From Felis catus (lineage: Eukaryota), in contig NC_058368.1 in NCBI RefSeq assembly GCF_018350175.1, positions 135,720,001-135,784,000 of the forward strand: DNA of 64,000 nucleotides, in the 5' to 3' direction. Position 1 is the first letter of the stretch. Each line of letters opens with the position of its first letter. Shown one piece after another: positions 28,596 through 41,878 of this stretch. A model generated the notes under the pieces. That model worked only from the letters and a program-made list of their open reading frames with translations. It was not told where the DNA came from and did not search any database. The position numbers were made by a program, and so were the translations under genes.

Positions 28596-29538
28596 AATGA
28601 ATTTTTTAAAATGGGTTTTGACTCATGAATATCTGTCTTAAAGTTGCAATGAGATAGTCTCCCTTTCTTAAATCTCTGATAGCTCAGGATTAGCTTAATT
28701 TACTTAGGGAACTGCTGATTTGGAAGCATACTTTAGAAATGCGACTCTCTTGAAGTAAGGAATCTCTAAATTGTCACTGCAAATAATGTAAAATAATGTT
28801 TTGAGAGGAAATGCTTGAAAAGTTTGTATGAATTTCTTTATATTCCTGAAAGGATTATTGAAAAGGAATTTTTGTGCCTATTGAACTGTACTATGCAAAT
28901 AATGTATGAACTTGACAAATTTGTCATTTAGAATAAAACTATTTTTATTGGAATTCAGGACCAAAGTAAAGAAAGTATCATGTCATAGAACATTGAACAG
29001 GTATTATGTAGAAATAACCTTGCTCATTTCATTCCCAGTAAAATTTTTAACTGTGGTAAATTGTTGGATTTTAATACATTGTTACCAGCCTGTTGCGTCT
29101 TTTAAAACAATTTTAAAAAATCTGTATTTACAGGCTTTGGAATTTGAATACACATACATGTTGTGACAGACTTTGAAGTTCTTTTTAAGCAAGTTTCTGT
29201 CTTTACATGTTGAACTATAGAGCCCCTTATGTATAGAGAGCTGAATTATACATGTCTTAACTAGGGATATTTCATATTTAATATAGGCTGTTCACCTGTA
29301 GAAAAATTACAAGGTAGTCTCTTTTTCTTAAGGTAATGAAATTTTCAACCAATCTTAAACCGTTATATGTTTCTTTGTAGTAATTTGCTCATCCAAATTC
29401 TTGAGATTAATTTCATGTTGGAAGTGGGGCATTCACATAGTGTTTTTAATGTTCTCAATAATTCTGGTGTTTTGATTTTCATAAACCGTTCAGATACTCA
29501 CTTAAAACCCTACTTTCTTTGGTATCTTTTCTTTAAAG

Positions 29539-29686
29539 GCATTGAAAACTAAGTATTTCAGTAATCGGCCAGGGCCAACACCTGGATGTCAGCTGCCAAG
29601 ACCAAACTGTCCACTGGAAACTTTAAAGGAACAGTCAAATCCAGCTGTAGCAACAAAACGGAAGCGAACACAGGCCTTGGAACAAG
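29539..29686 (+). CDS. CDK7: CDK7 exon 11 ([50 protein letters not shown])
   Basis: aag| ... |gtaaaa; 148 nt; overlaps ORF 29542..29739. Confidence 0.97.
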
Positions 29687-30100
29687 GTAAAACTTTCATT
29701 TTCATAAGAAATGAAATGAATTCAGAAAACTCCAAGTAAGTAATGTATAGCTAGTGACAGAGGGGCAGCTAAGAAATGTAGATTGTGAGCTGTTTGCTTT
29801 TTTCTAAGTGTATGGTAGAGAATGTGGTATTTTAGCCATATTTGTTTCCATTGAAAATTAATTAAGCCAAACATTTTAAAAGGATGTGGGCACTTCTGAG
29901 TATACCTCAGCGTTGCACAAACTATCAATGTGTGCCTTATTTTCTTTATAAATTTTTATCGGTATACTACATGCTTAATGTTTAACAAGTGCTATTAGCA
30001 AATCAAAGCAAGTAAAATATATTGGATGTAGTTGGATGCAATGACTGGTTAGAATTGCCATAAGATTAAATGTGAACAACCTCATTTTTTTTTCACCTAG

Positions 30101-30129
30101 GAGGATTACCCAAGAAGCTAATTTTTTAG
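30101..30129 (+). CDS. CDK7: CDK7 exon 12 coding part (GGLPKKLIF*)
   Basis: tag| then TAG stop at 30127-30129; the in-window exons total 915 nt, and adding 126 nt for exons 1-2 gives the 1041 nt expected for 346-aa CDK7. Confidence 0.97.
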
Positions 30130-30276
30130 TTACAAAGATCACTGGACAGTATTTTACTACTGAAGGAAATAGTCCAAAAGGCAATTAATGGAAAAATAGT
30201 AAACGTTAAGTGAATGCTGTAGAAGGAATTTGTAAATATTCTACACATGTAAAATATGTAAAACTGGATTATTTTT

Positions 30277-30394
30277 ATTAAATGTATTTTAAAACAAACT
30301 TAATTCTGATTTTTCTGATGAGAGTGCAAAAGTAAGATTAAATTCAATTCTCTGAAATGTAGAATTGAAAATTCATTAAGGAAACCTTAATAAA
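30277..30394 (+). terminator. CDK7: Candidate CDK7 polyadenylation signals (ATTAAA 30277, ATTAAA 30337, AATAAA 30389)
   Basis: Hexamers 150-260 nt after the stop; which one is used cannot be read from the sequence. Confidence 0.55.
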
Positions 30395-30914
30395 AATAAT
30401 CATCAGTTATTTTGATGACCTGGCCCATCTAGCTTCACAGATTTATAGTAGTATTTAAAAATGGGGTAGTAGGGGTAGAGGTAGTATTTAAAAATGGAAG
30501 CAGTAGTAGTAATGTAGCATATACCTACGACCTAGAGTTAACAAATGTTAATATACTAAATAGGAAAAAAAAGATAAAACTACAAATGAAATTGAGGTCC
30601 CTTTAATACGCCATTCCATTCTTTTCCTTTTTGGCTTCCCAAAAGGGAAGCGACTCTCAGGAAATGAGTGTCTTTCCGTGATTTTATACTGCTATTTTAT
30701 AAAAATGCATGTAGTAATATACAGTATTGTTTTGAGTCTCCAAGTTTTATATGAATGATAGGCTGTCTCATACTATAATTTATTTTTACTCAAAGCTTTT
30801 TTATTTCTTCCATGTTAATACATATATATCTAATTTATTTAACAGCCATCTAATATATAAAAATACATCTATCTTACGTATACAACACTACATTCTTATG
30901 CTTTATTTATGGAC

Positions 30915-31420
30915 TGTTATTTTTCTTTCCTGTATAAAAATTACCGTAAGTGTATCAGCATAAAGTAACACAAATTTACTAGCTCACAGTTCTATAAGCC
31001 AGATATCTGACCTGGCTCAACAGTGGTTTTCACATAGGTCAAAATCAAGGTGTCAGTTGAACTGGACTCTTATCTGAGTTTCTAGAGGAGAATCTGCTTC
31101 TATGCTTATTCAGTTTGTGTGATTTTCATGCACATGCTTCCTGTCCTTGTTAGCTGTCAGTCAAGGCTTTTCCCAGCTTCCTAAGACAGTCCACATGCCT
31201 TATCACATGGCATTCTCCATCTGTAAGCCAGCAGCCGTGCTTAGAATCTTTGTGGTTTTCTTGTCTGCTACCAAAAAGGGAAGTCTGTCTCAAAAAAAAA
31301 AAAAAAGGTCACCTGATCGGATTATCCATATATTAAGGTCAATTTACTTGGGATTTTAATCTCTTTATAGCAGTACCTAGATTAGTACTTAAATAATCAG
31401 GATGGGAATCATAAAGTATG
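30915..31420 (-). mobile_element. MaLR LTR (MLT1-type)
   Basis: aacacaaatttactagctcacagttct...aaaatcaaggtgtcag...gaggagaatctgcttc. Confidence 0.65.
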
Positions 31421-31629
31421 CATTTTCAATAATGTTGATATTGCCATATTTCCACTGTGTTCCCAATAGCTATTTAGTTCTTAAAAATGAAGAACTCTCC
31501 ACACCCCACCCCACCCCATCCCAGGTGCCTGGGTGGACCAGTCAGTTAAGCATCTGACTCTTGATTTCAGCTTTTGATCTCAAAGTGATGAATTCAAGCC
31601 CCACACTGGGCTCCTTGCTGGGTATGAAG

Positions 31630-32525
31630 TATACTTCCCCTTATCTTACTCCATATATAAAAACTAACTCAAATTGGATCAAAGACCTAAACTCAAGACC
31701 TAAAACTGTAACAACTCTTAGAAGAAAATATAGAGGAAAGGCTTCATGACATTAGATTTGGCAAGGACTTCCTGGGTAGGACCCCAAAACACAGGCAAGA
31801 AAAGTGGGGGGACAAAAGACATAGGGCATCTGAGTGGCTTAGTGGGTTAAGTGTCTGTCTCTTGATTTTGGCTCAGGTCATGATGGGTCCTGAGATGGAG
31901 CTCTGTGTTGGGTTCTGCACTGTGTGTGGAGCCTGCTTGAAATTCTCTCTCCCCGTCCCTGTCTCCCTGCCCCTTGCTCACGTGCTCGCTCTCTCTCTGA
32001 AAAAAGAAAAAAAAAAAAGACACTGGACTATGTCAGCATTTAAAACTTGTATGTATCACAGGAGTGTTAAGCAACACAGTGAAAAGAACAGAAGAATATA
32101 TTTGCAAATCATATATCTGATAAAAGATAGCTCAACAATAAAATATTTTAAAAAATGGGCAAAGGACTTGAATAGACATTTCACCAAAGATGATCTAGAA
32201 ATGGCCAGTAAGCATGTAAAAGATGCTCAACATCACTAATCATTAGGGAAATGCAAGTCAAAACCACGGTGACATACCCCTTCAGACACTTTGGGATCAC
32301 TACTGTATATTAAAAAAAAAAAATCATAGAAAGTAATAAGTGTTGGTGAGGATGTGGAGAAATTAGGACCCTTGTGTTCTACTGGTTGGAATGTAAAGTG
32401 GTGTAGCTGCTATGACAAACTGTAGTCTTTGCTTAAAAAAATTTTAAAGGCATTTTCATATGATCTAGCAATTTCACTTCTGAGTTATATGCCCCCAAAA
32501 TTGAATGCAGGTTCTCAAATATACA
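31630..32525 (+). mobile_element. L1M ORF2 end/3' fragment with SINEC insertion (~31824-32020), intergenic
   Basis: aaaatgggcaaaggacttgaatagacatttc; gatgctcaacatcactaatcattagggaaatgcaa. Confidence 0.85.
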
Positions 32526-33963
32526 CGGTCATCAACACTGTATGAATGTATTTGTTTCCCCTCATCATCTCTAGCACTCACAGAACCTTTGTGATTTTTC
32601 CTAATTTGGTATCTCATTATCATTTACTTTTTTTAAAAGTCTGCTGTTGAATAGTTCCTCACATTTGCTTACCATATATAATCCCTCTTTGTGAACTGTT
32701 GATTTAGATTCTTTGTCATTTGGGGAGTATTCCAAATGTTAGCAGTTTAAGCATCTGCATTTTATATAATACACATATACACACATTAAAAAAGAACATT
32801 TCTAGCTTTTATTGTTTTTTACACTTAGATATTATTGAACATGCCCAAATCTTTGCTTTCCTTACCTTTTATTTCATATTCAATTATTATATGTATTAGT
32901 TCTGTGTATACTCTTTATCATATTCCATTGACCTGTTGGTACCACACTATTTTAAATAATGTAGCTTTATATTACTACCAGGACAATGCAATTTAATGTC
33001 TAGTAACAGTAGTTCCTCATCATTACTCCTTTTTTCAAAATTTATTTGCCAAAGTTCATCTTTTATTAATATTAAAGGCAACTAAATGTTCTTGCTTTAA
33101 CACAACTATAAATGGTTTCTATTTTATATTGTTACTTCATTTTACCTGTTGTTACCTCATCTATAAGTAGTATTCAATGTAGCCATATATCTTTTTTTTT
33201 TTTTACTAGAGATCATAACTAAAGTTTTATAAAACTTCTAAAACTTCTGACAATGTAATGCATTTCCTTTGGCATAATTGTGATTATTACTAATATAGCA
33301 ACATTCCCAGAAGGTATTAAAGATTTTACGCAATACCTTAAAATTCAGCATCAAAACCAAAGAATGGTATAAGTGCTAGAATTCTGCACAGTTCTGGCTC
33401 CAAAGTGTCATCACACCAACAAAAAAAGAAGCTATAAAGGTAACTAGCAATGCTTTGAATATACTTCTGCCAAAGTCCCACCATGATAACTTTTTTATTG
33501 AAGTTAACTTAAGGAAATTATTAGTTGTAACCTTTCTCTGGCAAATGAAAATCCTGAAAAATAGCAATAAAACAAGATACATGTATTTCAAAAATTATGC
33601 AGCCACTCCTAGGCATTGTTATTTCTTAGAGCATTAATTTATATTGTTGCTTAAGCCAAAGATCCCTTTAGTCAATCAAAATAGTTTAATAACTTTTTTT
33701 TCTCAGAAATCACTTTCTTGTTTTTAAGATGTTGGCAAATACTGAAAATTTAATAAAGCATACTAATGTAATTTATAAAATCCATCAACACAGAATATTA
33801 ATAAATTTCTTGTAGAAAACATTTGAGTATTTAAGCTACCTTCTAAAACTTAGAAATACCCATAAAACATACAACTTCTGAAGATGTAGCAACATTTGTA
33901 CAGTCCTTTTTTAAAGTATCATAATATAAACAGCTCTCAGGTCTGATTTCAACTGATTTATCT

Positions 33964-34272
33964 TCAAAACATGATATTTGATGGCAAAGAACAGGATCTT
34001 TTGAGAGTTCTTGTGTAGTGCTGATCTCTGTGAGGGTGCTGGATTGAACAAAGACAGCCCACAGAACTTAAAATGTGAACACTTGAAAACACAGGATCAT
34101 GCAGTACAGGGAATTCTGAAACTTTCCCCCATGCATTTTTTAATGGAAAATTGTCTTTCACAAGATTTTTTTCCTTATTGTCATTTGAGGTGGTGTCTTT
34201 CTCTTCTAATGCCCGAGCAAGCATGTAACTAACTTTTCTTTGATGAGCCAGAGCTTCTTCTTTGTCATTCAG
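33964..34272 (-). CDS. CCDC125: CCDC125 last coding exon (LNDKEEALAHQRKVSYMLARALEEKD...TLKRSCSLPSNIMF*)
   Basis: tag|; ORF 33964..34224; total CDS 1542 nt = 513 aa with no frameshift. Confidence 0.95.
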   Translation of the reverse strand: MNDKEEALAHQRKVSYMLARALEEKDTTSNDNKEKNLVKDNFPLKNAWGKVSEFPVLHDPVFSSVHILSSVGCLCSIQHPHRDQHYTRTLKRSCSLPSNIMF

Positions 34273-34523
34273 CTACTTGGACAAAAAATAAAAATATGCC
34301 AATTAGTCAAAAAATCACAGCATATAGAGCTATAATCAGACTTTTTCTCAGAATGTTCTGTCTTCAATCTGTTAAGTCAGTCAATGTAAATACATTAAGT
34401 TAATCTAGCGATACCCAAGTATTATGACTGAGGACTTTTTTTTTTTTTTTAAAGGAGGAACAGAAGTTTCCTTCTGCTGAAACTTTTGTAGGTCATCTGA
34501 AGAGAGAGGAAAAACATACACGT

Positions 34524-34524
<1 letters not shown>

Positions 34525-34572
<48 letters not shown>
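34525..34572. repeat. (GT)24 microsatellite in the last CCDC125 intron
   Basis: Direct reading. Confidence 0.97.
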
Positions 34573-34577
<5 letters not shown>

Positions 34578-35117
34578 CAACATGTAATTACCCCTGCAAG
34601 AGGAGGCTGAAGTTCTTTATATGTGAAATTTTTAAAATATATTTATATGTGAATAAATGACTTTAACCCTCTTGTATAGATAAGTATGTTCATATAGCAT
34701 GAGTCTTTTAGTTTAGTCATATGAAATAGGGATAATGATTCAAGATATAATGTGTGAGAAAGTTGCCTTGTACATTTTAAAAATTCCTGAATTAAGTAAA
34801 AGGTCTTGTCATGGACTGTATGTGTAAATGCAGATGACAGAGGTACCTGCAGTTAATTACAGGGAGCCCCCTCTTTTCAGAGGTGAAGCTTTAAACTTGT
34901 ACAGGAAGAACATGGATGGGAGAAGTGGGAAGAGCATGCAGGGAATTTAAGGAGATGAAGATCAAAACTGGAGGATGGTACCTCAGCTGAGAAAAGGGCA
35001 TAAAAGGCAAGTACAGAGTACTGAAGAACGGAATTTTTAAAAAAAGAGTTGAATTAATAGGAAACAAAAAGATTAGCTTAACCACAACTTCTAACAAGAG
35101 AAAGCAAAAACACTGAC

Positions 35118-35248
35118 CAACTCTGTTAGCATCTTAAAGACTTCCTGAGGATTATCCTGGTCTTCAGTCTTCTTAGAACTGTTTTCTGAAGGGAGCATAC
35201 CCAACAGTTTCTGCCCTAAGGTCTTCTTACTTCCTTGTGATGGTAATC
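35118..35248 (-). CDS. CCDC125: CCDC125 coding exon 10 (GLPSQGSKKTLGQKLLGMLPSENSSKKTEDQDNPQEVFKMLTEL)
   Basis: tag| ... |gtcagt; 131 nt. Confidence 0.93.
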
Positions 35249-38200
35249 CTAAAACTGAACATGCAAATCAACTGAAACATAAAAACCCTTACTCATATAC
35301 TTCCAGGAAAAGAGGTAAGTCTGAACCAAGGATAATTCATTTGTAAATCAGTCAAGAGGTGGTTCTCTTCTGGAGAAGTCTGGTGAGTCAGGCATCAGTG
35401 TAGTGGGAAGAGAACACAGACTTGAGAGGCAGGATGGCAAACGGAGGTTGAGTGGGTCACAGCGTAAGGACCCAGAGCAATGCCCTGCCTGCCGCTCTAC
35501 TCCTTGGCTCCCAGTGATAGCTTCCCTCAAGAGAGCATGCAGCCCACATTACCAGATCATCTCAGTCTTCCAGAGGAAGCAGCAATCCAGATGTGTGTGT
35601 GAAGTCTTCCAGTGTTAAATGTCAGCCACTTAACCAACATTATTTGACAACACTATGTAGACCCAACAAAACATGTCTGCAGGCCACAAGTGGTCTCTAA
35701 ACCATACAAATCCTGCATTAGAGGAGAAAGACCTGGACTTGAATCCTCATTTAGCCCCGTACTCAGTGACCTTGGACAAGGTCTCTGTGCTTTTTTTCTT
35801 GAATGAGAATAATAGCCTCCATGCTTCAGGATTGCTGTGTCATTAAATAATAGAGCATAGGGGCTGGGAGAAGGGAGTGGACAGTTAGTGTTTAATGGGT
35901 AGTTTCTGTTTGGAAAGATGAAAAAGTTCTGAAGATGGATGGTCTTGATGGGTACACAACAATGTGAACGAAGTTAATGTTATTTAAATATGGTTAAAAT
36001 GGGGGATGCCTGGGTGCCTTGGTCTCAACTCAGGTCTTGATCTCATAGCCATGAGTTCAAGTCCTGTGCTGGGCATGAAGTCTACTTAAAGTTAAAAATG
36101 GTTAAAATGGTAAATTTATGTATATTTTAGCACAATTAAAAAAAACAAACAAACATGTAGCCCAGGTACTGACCTAATGTTTAAAAGTCCACATCTTGAA
36201 ATGTGTACACTGATGTTCTTTATAGAAAGGGTGCAGTTTTATAGCAGAAGGTACCAAAATTGTGGATTTATACAAAGAAAACATCAAGAATGCCTTTGGA
36301 ATGCTCTGCAAATGGTCTAATGGAAAACTGAGAACAGATAAAAGACAGTTCCCTTTCCACCCAATCCTGATAAACCACAGCCACCGGGGCTCACTCACTG
36401 ACCTCTTCCTCAAGCAACTTCGACAAAAGGAGAAAAGCCAGACAAGTTGAAGTGCTCATTAGCTTTGATGAGTGAATGAATCTGCATCTCTATTTGTAGT
36501 CTTAAAAAAAAGAAATATGCTATAACCTATCTCTCAGAACTCGTCTAAGCTGCCATATCAACAAGAAAAGTTAATGTCTTCTAAGATGTTAACCACATAC
36601 AAGAAACTGACCTATGGCAACATCCTGTCCCTCTTCAGATTACTGAAATCCGTGAATAAAATGAATCAGTCTTGTCGCTAAGAAACTGACAAAGAGTAGG
36701 GGCACCTGAGTGGCTCAGTCGGTTGAGCTTCCAACTTCGGCTCAGGTCATGATCTCACAGTCTGTGAGTTCAAGCCCCACGTCGGGTTCTGCACTGACAG
36801 CTCAGAGCCTGGAGCCTGCTTCAGATTCTGTGTCTCCCTTTCTCTCTCTCTGCCCCTCCCCCACTCATGCTCTGTCTCTGTCTCAGAAATAAATAAACAT
36901 TAAAAAAAAGAAACTGACAAAGAGCTACTGACACTTGTATGGACTTGTAAAGGCCTTTCGGAGATGAATCAGTTATTTTAAATTCTGCTTCCAGTCTCTT
37001 CAGGGCCTTAATGGAAAACAAAGATCAGGAGCTATATCTATCAAATCATATTTTTAATGGAAAAGTTTTTCGAGTTTGTCATTAGCTAAGAAAGGCAGTC
37101 GTTCTAGAATATAAAATGAGTATGTATTCAAGTGCTGAAATGAATATTAATCTACCTCTTAGGAAAAACCCATTTTGTCTGTCTAGCACTACCTTTTTGG
37201 CCAACTTCCATGCACACAGTGGGTGGTCTTCTGTGCAGATGACAGAATGTGGCAGGCTTTCATAAGATTGTTCTAACCATGCCTTCCCCTTCATTTTCTT
37301 TCTCCCATAACTCTTCTCATCTTCCATCAAAACAAACAAGCAATTAAATTACACTTCCAAAGGGATCTGCCTTCAGTTCACATCACAGAACACCAAGGTT
37401 GTGCTTAAAGAGAACACCTTTGAAAATTCGGCAGTCCAGCTCCTATCAAGGGCTTAGCTTAGGACCTACACATTTGTGGTCCTTGAAAGAACTAGGTATT
37501 AACATTTTCCGTCAATTCCTAAAAGACTAAGTATATGGACTATGTTTGCATATTTGCCTGGCAGAATCACCTACATTGAGTTGGACACTAAGGTTATACC
37601 TTTGGCCTTTATCAAGGGATTATTATAGATAACAGCCATATAAATGCTGATTTTATATTTATCATAAATGATTGTTGGGGATTTAGACATTACATTAGCC
37701 AGCTCAGGGATTTTTGTTGTAAGTCTCATGTCAGAAAACCATTTTAGAAATTAATTTTAGGATAGTGTGGAATGCCTCCTTAAGAGTCAGTGTTGAGAGT
37801 TAGGATTTCCTGTGTTGCCCTGACTTCCACCTGATAAACAGTCTAAATACAGAAGTCTTACGATCTGCTTCTATCTACTTTCATAGTTCTTGTTTATCGC
37901 TTCCTTTTTTATTTCCCTATATTTTATTTTCCCTATATTTTATTTTATTTTCACATCACTTGACCTGTATATTATTAGGAATATGTACTACTTGAGAAAA
38001 AATTAAAAATAGGTATCTTATTAAAAGTTTCGTTTTTAATATTCTAAGACTCATATTTCCAAAGTTCATCTGAACACAAGAAAGATTGGAATTAGGATTA
38101 TTGGTTTTGACATATTAGAAAATATTTAGAAATATAGTCATCTCAGAATTTCAATATTAAAACATCTAAACCTACAAATTATATAATCTTTCTTGACTAA

Positions 38201-39580
38201 TAAAAGATTACAAGTTGGAATTTTAAATTGAAGCAGTATGAGTTGCACTGAATAATACTGATGAATAAAAACTGATACTGAACATTTAGAGAAACTAAAT
38301 TTCTAAAAAATAACAGCTACTTTGATTTTATTGGATGATCTACTTCCAACTGTCATTTTTATTCTGTTATTCCATTTTTATATATTTTGTTCACACCAGT
38401 ACAATACTGAAAAATGGCCATGAACTTTTGATAGGTTTGTGAAAAAAACCTAACCCTTAACTTGTTTCATTTTTATAAAAGTATTTTATTAATATTTCCA
38501 ACTTAAGATTTTTCCTCTACTCCTCCATCTCCTTTTAGAATCCTACATTTCAGCAAAGTTTAATTAGACATACTTAATGTTTGGGTTTCACTATTTTTTT
38601 AAAAATTTTTTTAATGTTTATATATTGAGAGACAGATGGAGCATGAGCAGGGGAGGGGCAGGGAGGGAGGGAGACACAGAATCCGACGCAGGCTCCAGGC
38701 TCCGAACTGTCAGCACAGAGCTAGATGCTGGTCTCAAACTCACAAGCTGTGAGCTCATGACCAGAGGCAAAGTTAGACGCTTAACTGAATGAGCTACCCA
38801 GACACCCGAGTTTCACTATTTTCATTATGACGTCTAGGAAGTTTCCCTTTAATCACATAGCACTCATAAACTTTCCCCACTAAACATGTTCTTATTTAAA
38901 TGAGATAGTTGAGGGGCACCTGGGTGGCTCAGTCAGTTAAAGGTCTTTTTTTTTTTTTTAATTATCTTAGAGAGACAGAACACGAGCAGGGGAGGGGCTG
39001 AGAGAGAGGGAGACACAGAATCTGAGGCAGGCTCCAGCCTTCGAGCTGTCAGCACAGAGCCCAACACAGGGCTCGAACCCATGAACAGTGAGGTCATGAC
39101 CAAAGTCAGCACTTAACAGACTGAACCACCCAGGCACCCCATGGCATCTGACTCATGATTTCAGCTCAGGTCATGATCTCACTATTCTTGAGATTGAGCC
39201 TTGTGTCTGGCTCTGTGCTGACAGCTTGGAGCCTGCTGGGGATTATCCCTCTTCCTCTTTCTCTCTGTCTCCCTCCCTAACTAGTGTGCACACACACTCT
39301 CAAAATAAGTGAACAATTTTTTTTTAAGTAGCTTAAATGAGATAGTTGAGTAGTAGAAAAGATTCTACTGTTTTATGGTTTTGGTGATCCCAATATTTCT
39401 TCTGTATATGTAACGTCCAGTGACCCCCTTTCTTCCCATAGTTGCTAAATTGTGTAATAAATCACAACTGTGATACTTTAATTATATTCTCCTTTCATTT
39501 AACGGTGCATAGTCAACTTTGATTATAATCAAAAACAACTAAAATTGTACCTGATTATTGCCATTATAATTCATATTTAC

Positions 39581-39755
39581 CATCCTCCTTAAGGTGCTTC
39601 CAATTTATCCATTTTGTTGCTTTTTTACACATTTTATCCATTTGTGTCAATCTTAGTGCCTGGTCATTTTTCCTCATTAATTGTTGCTCAAATGCAATTC
39701 TGAATGCATCTGCCATTATGTAAGCTTCTTCTTTACTCTTCTGCAAAAGTCCCAA
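39581..39755 (-). CDS. CCDC125: CCDC125 coding exon 9 (LGLLQKSKEEAYIMADAFRIAFEQQLMRKNDQALRLTQMDKMCKKATKWINWKHLKED-G)
   Basis: tag| ... |gtaaat; 175 nt; ORF 39564..39755. Confidence 0.95.
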
Positions 39756-40911
39756 CTAGTTTTGAAAGAAAGTTGGACAGGTGTCATATGCAAAACTAGA
39801 ACAATTCTTGCCTGAATGCTAAGTAACATTAGCAAATGTAGTCTCCTGCCTAGCATGTATCTGTCAGTCTGATCTATTTCATGTGCTTAAACTAATTAGT
39901 ACTTGCTGATTCCCCTCTACAGTAGCTGCCCACTCTGAACTAGATTACCAGAAATTTCCTTCCTGGTGCCCGATCATTCCTTGTTAATCCACTTCTTGGA
40001 CCTTACCTCATTACCACAGAAAGGCCTTGTGTGTGACCTGCCCAACAAGTAAGAAATGCATGCCAAAGGCTGCATTTCCATTCTGCCTTGGGCCAGTCTA
40101 GACAGTATCACTGAAAATAATTATGAATGTCACCTTTTAGATACGTGCCATAACTGACCCTGACTGATCTTTGTAATCTTATGCTTGTCTTAATGAACTG
40201 CTAATTTTTAGCTGTTATTTTTCCTATGTCTGAAGACTTGAAATTCCATACCTTCAATAAAGGTAAAATACTTTTTAAATTATGGTCCATGTTTGTATTT
40301 GTTATTATAATTAACTATAATGGCAGCTGTCATTTAAGTGCCAGCACCTGCATGGTGCAGTGCTAAACATTAAATGTCTGCCTCTTCTATTTCCGCAAAA
40401 CAGCCCAATAACTAGTTATTATTCTCTGTTTTAACATATGTGTCCAAACCCACACACGTAGAAAATACTAGAGCTATGACTCAAACCTAGGTCTGGCTGG
40501 TACAAAGAAAGGTCCCTTCAGTGTACCTTGCTGTTTTTCTGCTAAGCTTCATGTTAATCTCCCCATTTATCAGTGTTGTGGATCCTAGTGATTTTAAGCA
40601 TGAGCTTTTTCCTCTAATTATAAATAGAGTAATTTGGAGACCATTTATAGAGAAAAGAAACATAAACTTAGGAAATATTAACTATAAACTTAGGCAGACA
40701 ACTTTATGTTGCCATAATATCATGCCAAGTACTATTTGTATTTTGGAACCATGTAAATAAAATCAAGTTTGTACGTTAATTCTATCACATAAAAGTAAGC
40801 CTAAGTTCCACAGCCAGTGACTACTAAAAGGAAGCTAATTATTGCAGATATTTCCCTTCTATTAATAGAGAAAAAAAAAAGCTTTTAGTGTTTTGATAAT
40901 ATGGTACTTAC

Positions 40912-41019
40912 CTCCTGTTTGAGCTTAAGAAGCATTTTCCGAGCCGACGCCGCCATTTTGGCACAAGCACAGGGACTCCCTCCGGGACCATGGCAAAGGC
41001 AGGCTCCGAGGACAGCAAG
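40912..41019 (-). CDS. CCDC125: CCDC125 coding exon 8 (LAVLGACLCHGPGGSPCACAKMAASARKMLLKLKQE)
   Basis: aag| ... |gtaagt; 108 nt; CxC...CxC motif as recalled for CCDC125. Confidence 0.92.
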
Positions 41020-41762
41020 CTTTAAACCCGAAAACATTACTCCCATTACTGAGGGTCGCACTACCTAGCTGCACACAAAAGCAAGGGCACTTACACACAT
41101 GCACATTTATATTCGAGCATGCAATTCAAAGAAATTGGAAAGAGAAACAAAAACAGAAGAAAATTGACAGGCGGATTTCAGGATCCAACCACAAATGAGG
41201 AAAAAATGTTACTACTTGGAACAAATCCATAAAGGAGTTCTACCTTGCTTCTTTTCTTTTTCCAAAACTTCTAAATTGGCACCAGTTTCTATGGTCTGAA
41301 TCCCTGCCAGGAACTTGAAGTAATATTAAAATCTACCTTGTCGATTTGTGAATGAGCTTAGCCGGGCTGCCCAGCATTTACTCCTGCCAGCTCTCACCAG
41401 GGAGAGGTGCATGCTTAAAAATGATGAATGAATTTTAATATGTCAGGAAAATAATCATCCCTCTATTTCTAAAAAAATACTTGTGATTGTGTCATGTGAG
41501 ACACAGCTAACACAGCTTATGCTAAAACTATAAAAATAAGAAATGGGGCAGGAAGTGGCCAGCACATGTCCTAGTGTACCAGAATGTAATGCATGGACCC
41601 AGTAAGGTTGAGGAACTGTCCTGGGGAAATCAATGGGCCTCTCTTACCCTCAGTCTCAAATTGCTAAGTATAGTGCTATTCTAGAACATGTCGCAGACGG
41701 TGACGGGGAAAAGGAAAGTAGAAAATCTCCCTCTTGTTCATCTTTCATACCTGCCTACCTAC

Positions 41763-41878
41763 CTCAAGACCTGAAACCTCTGTAAAACCACATTTATCAC
41801 GGCACTTGTGTTCCTGAGCTGCCATCTGCTGTTTGATCTCCAGCATGGCGAGGGCCTCCAAATACTGTCGATTTAAAA
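41763..41878 (-). CDS. CCDC125: CCDC125 coding exon 7 (LLNRQYLEALAMLEIKQQMAAQEHKCRDKCGFTEVSGLE)
   Basis: tag| ... |gtaggt; 116 nt. Confidence 0.93.

Noticed and set aside
29132..29166. Acceptor-like tttacag|GCT TTG GAA upstream of CDK7 exon 11
   Set aside because: Poor pyrimidine tract and an early stop; the resemblance to the ALK start of exon 11 looks coincidental.
37082..37339. 85-aa minus-strand ORF in a CCDC125 intron
   Set aside because: Non-ATG start, no convincing splice sites, no recognisable homology; the flanking exons already join in phase.
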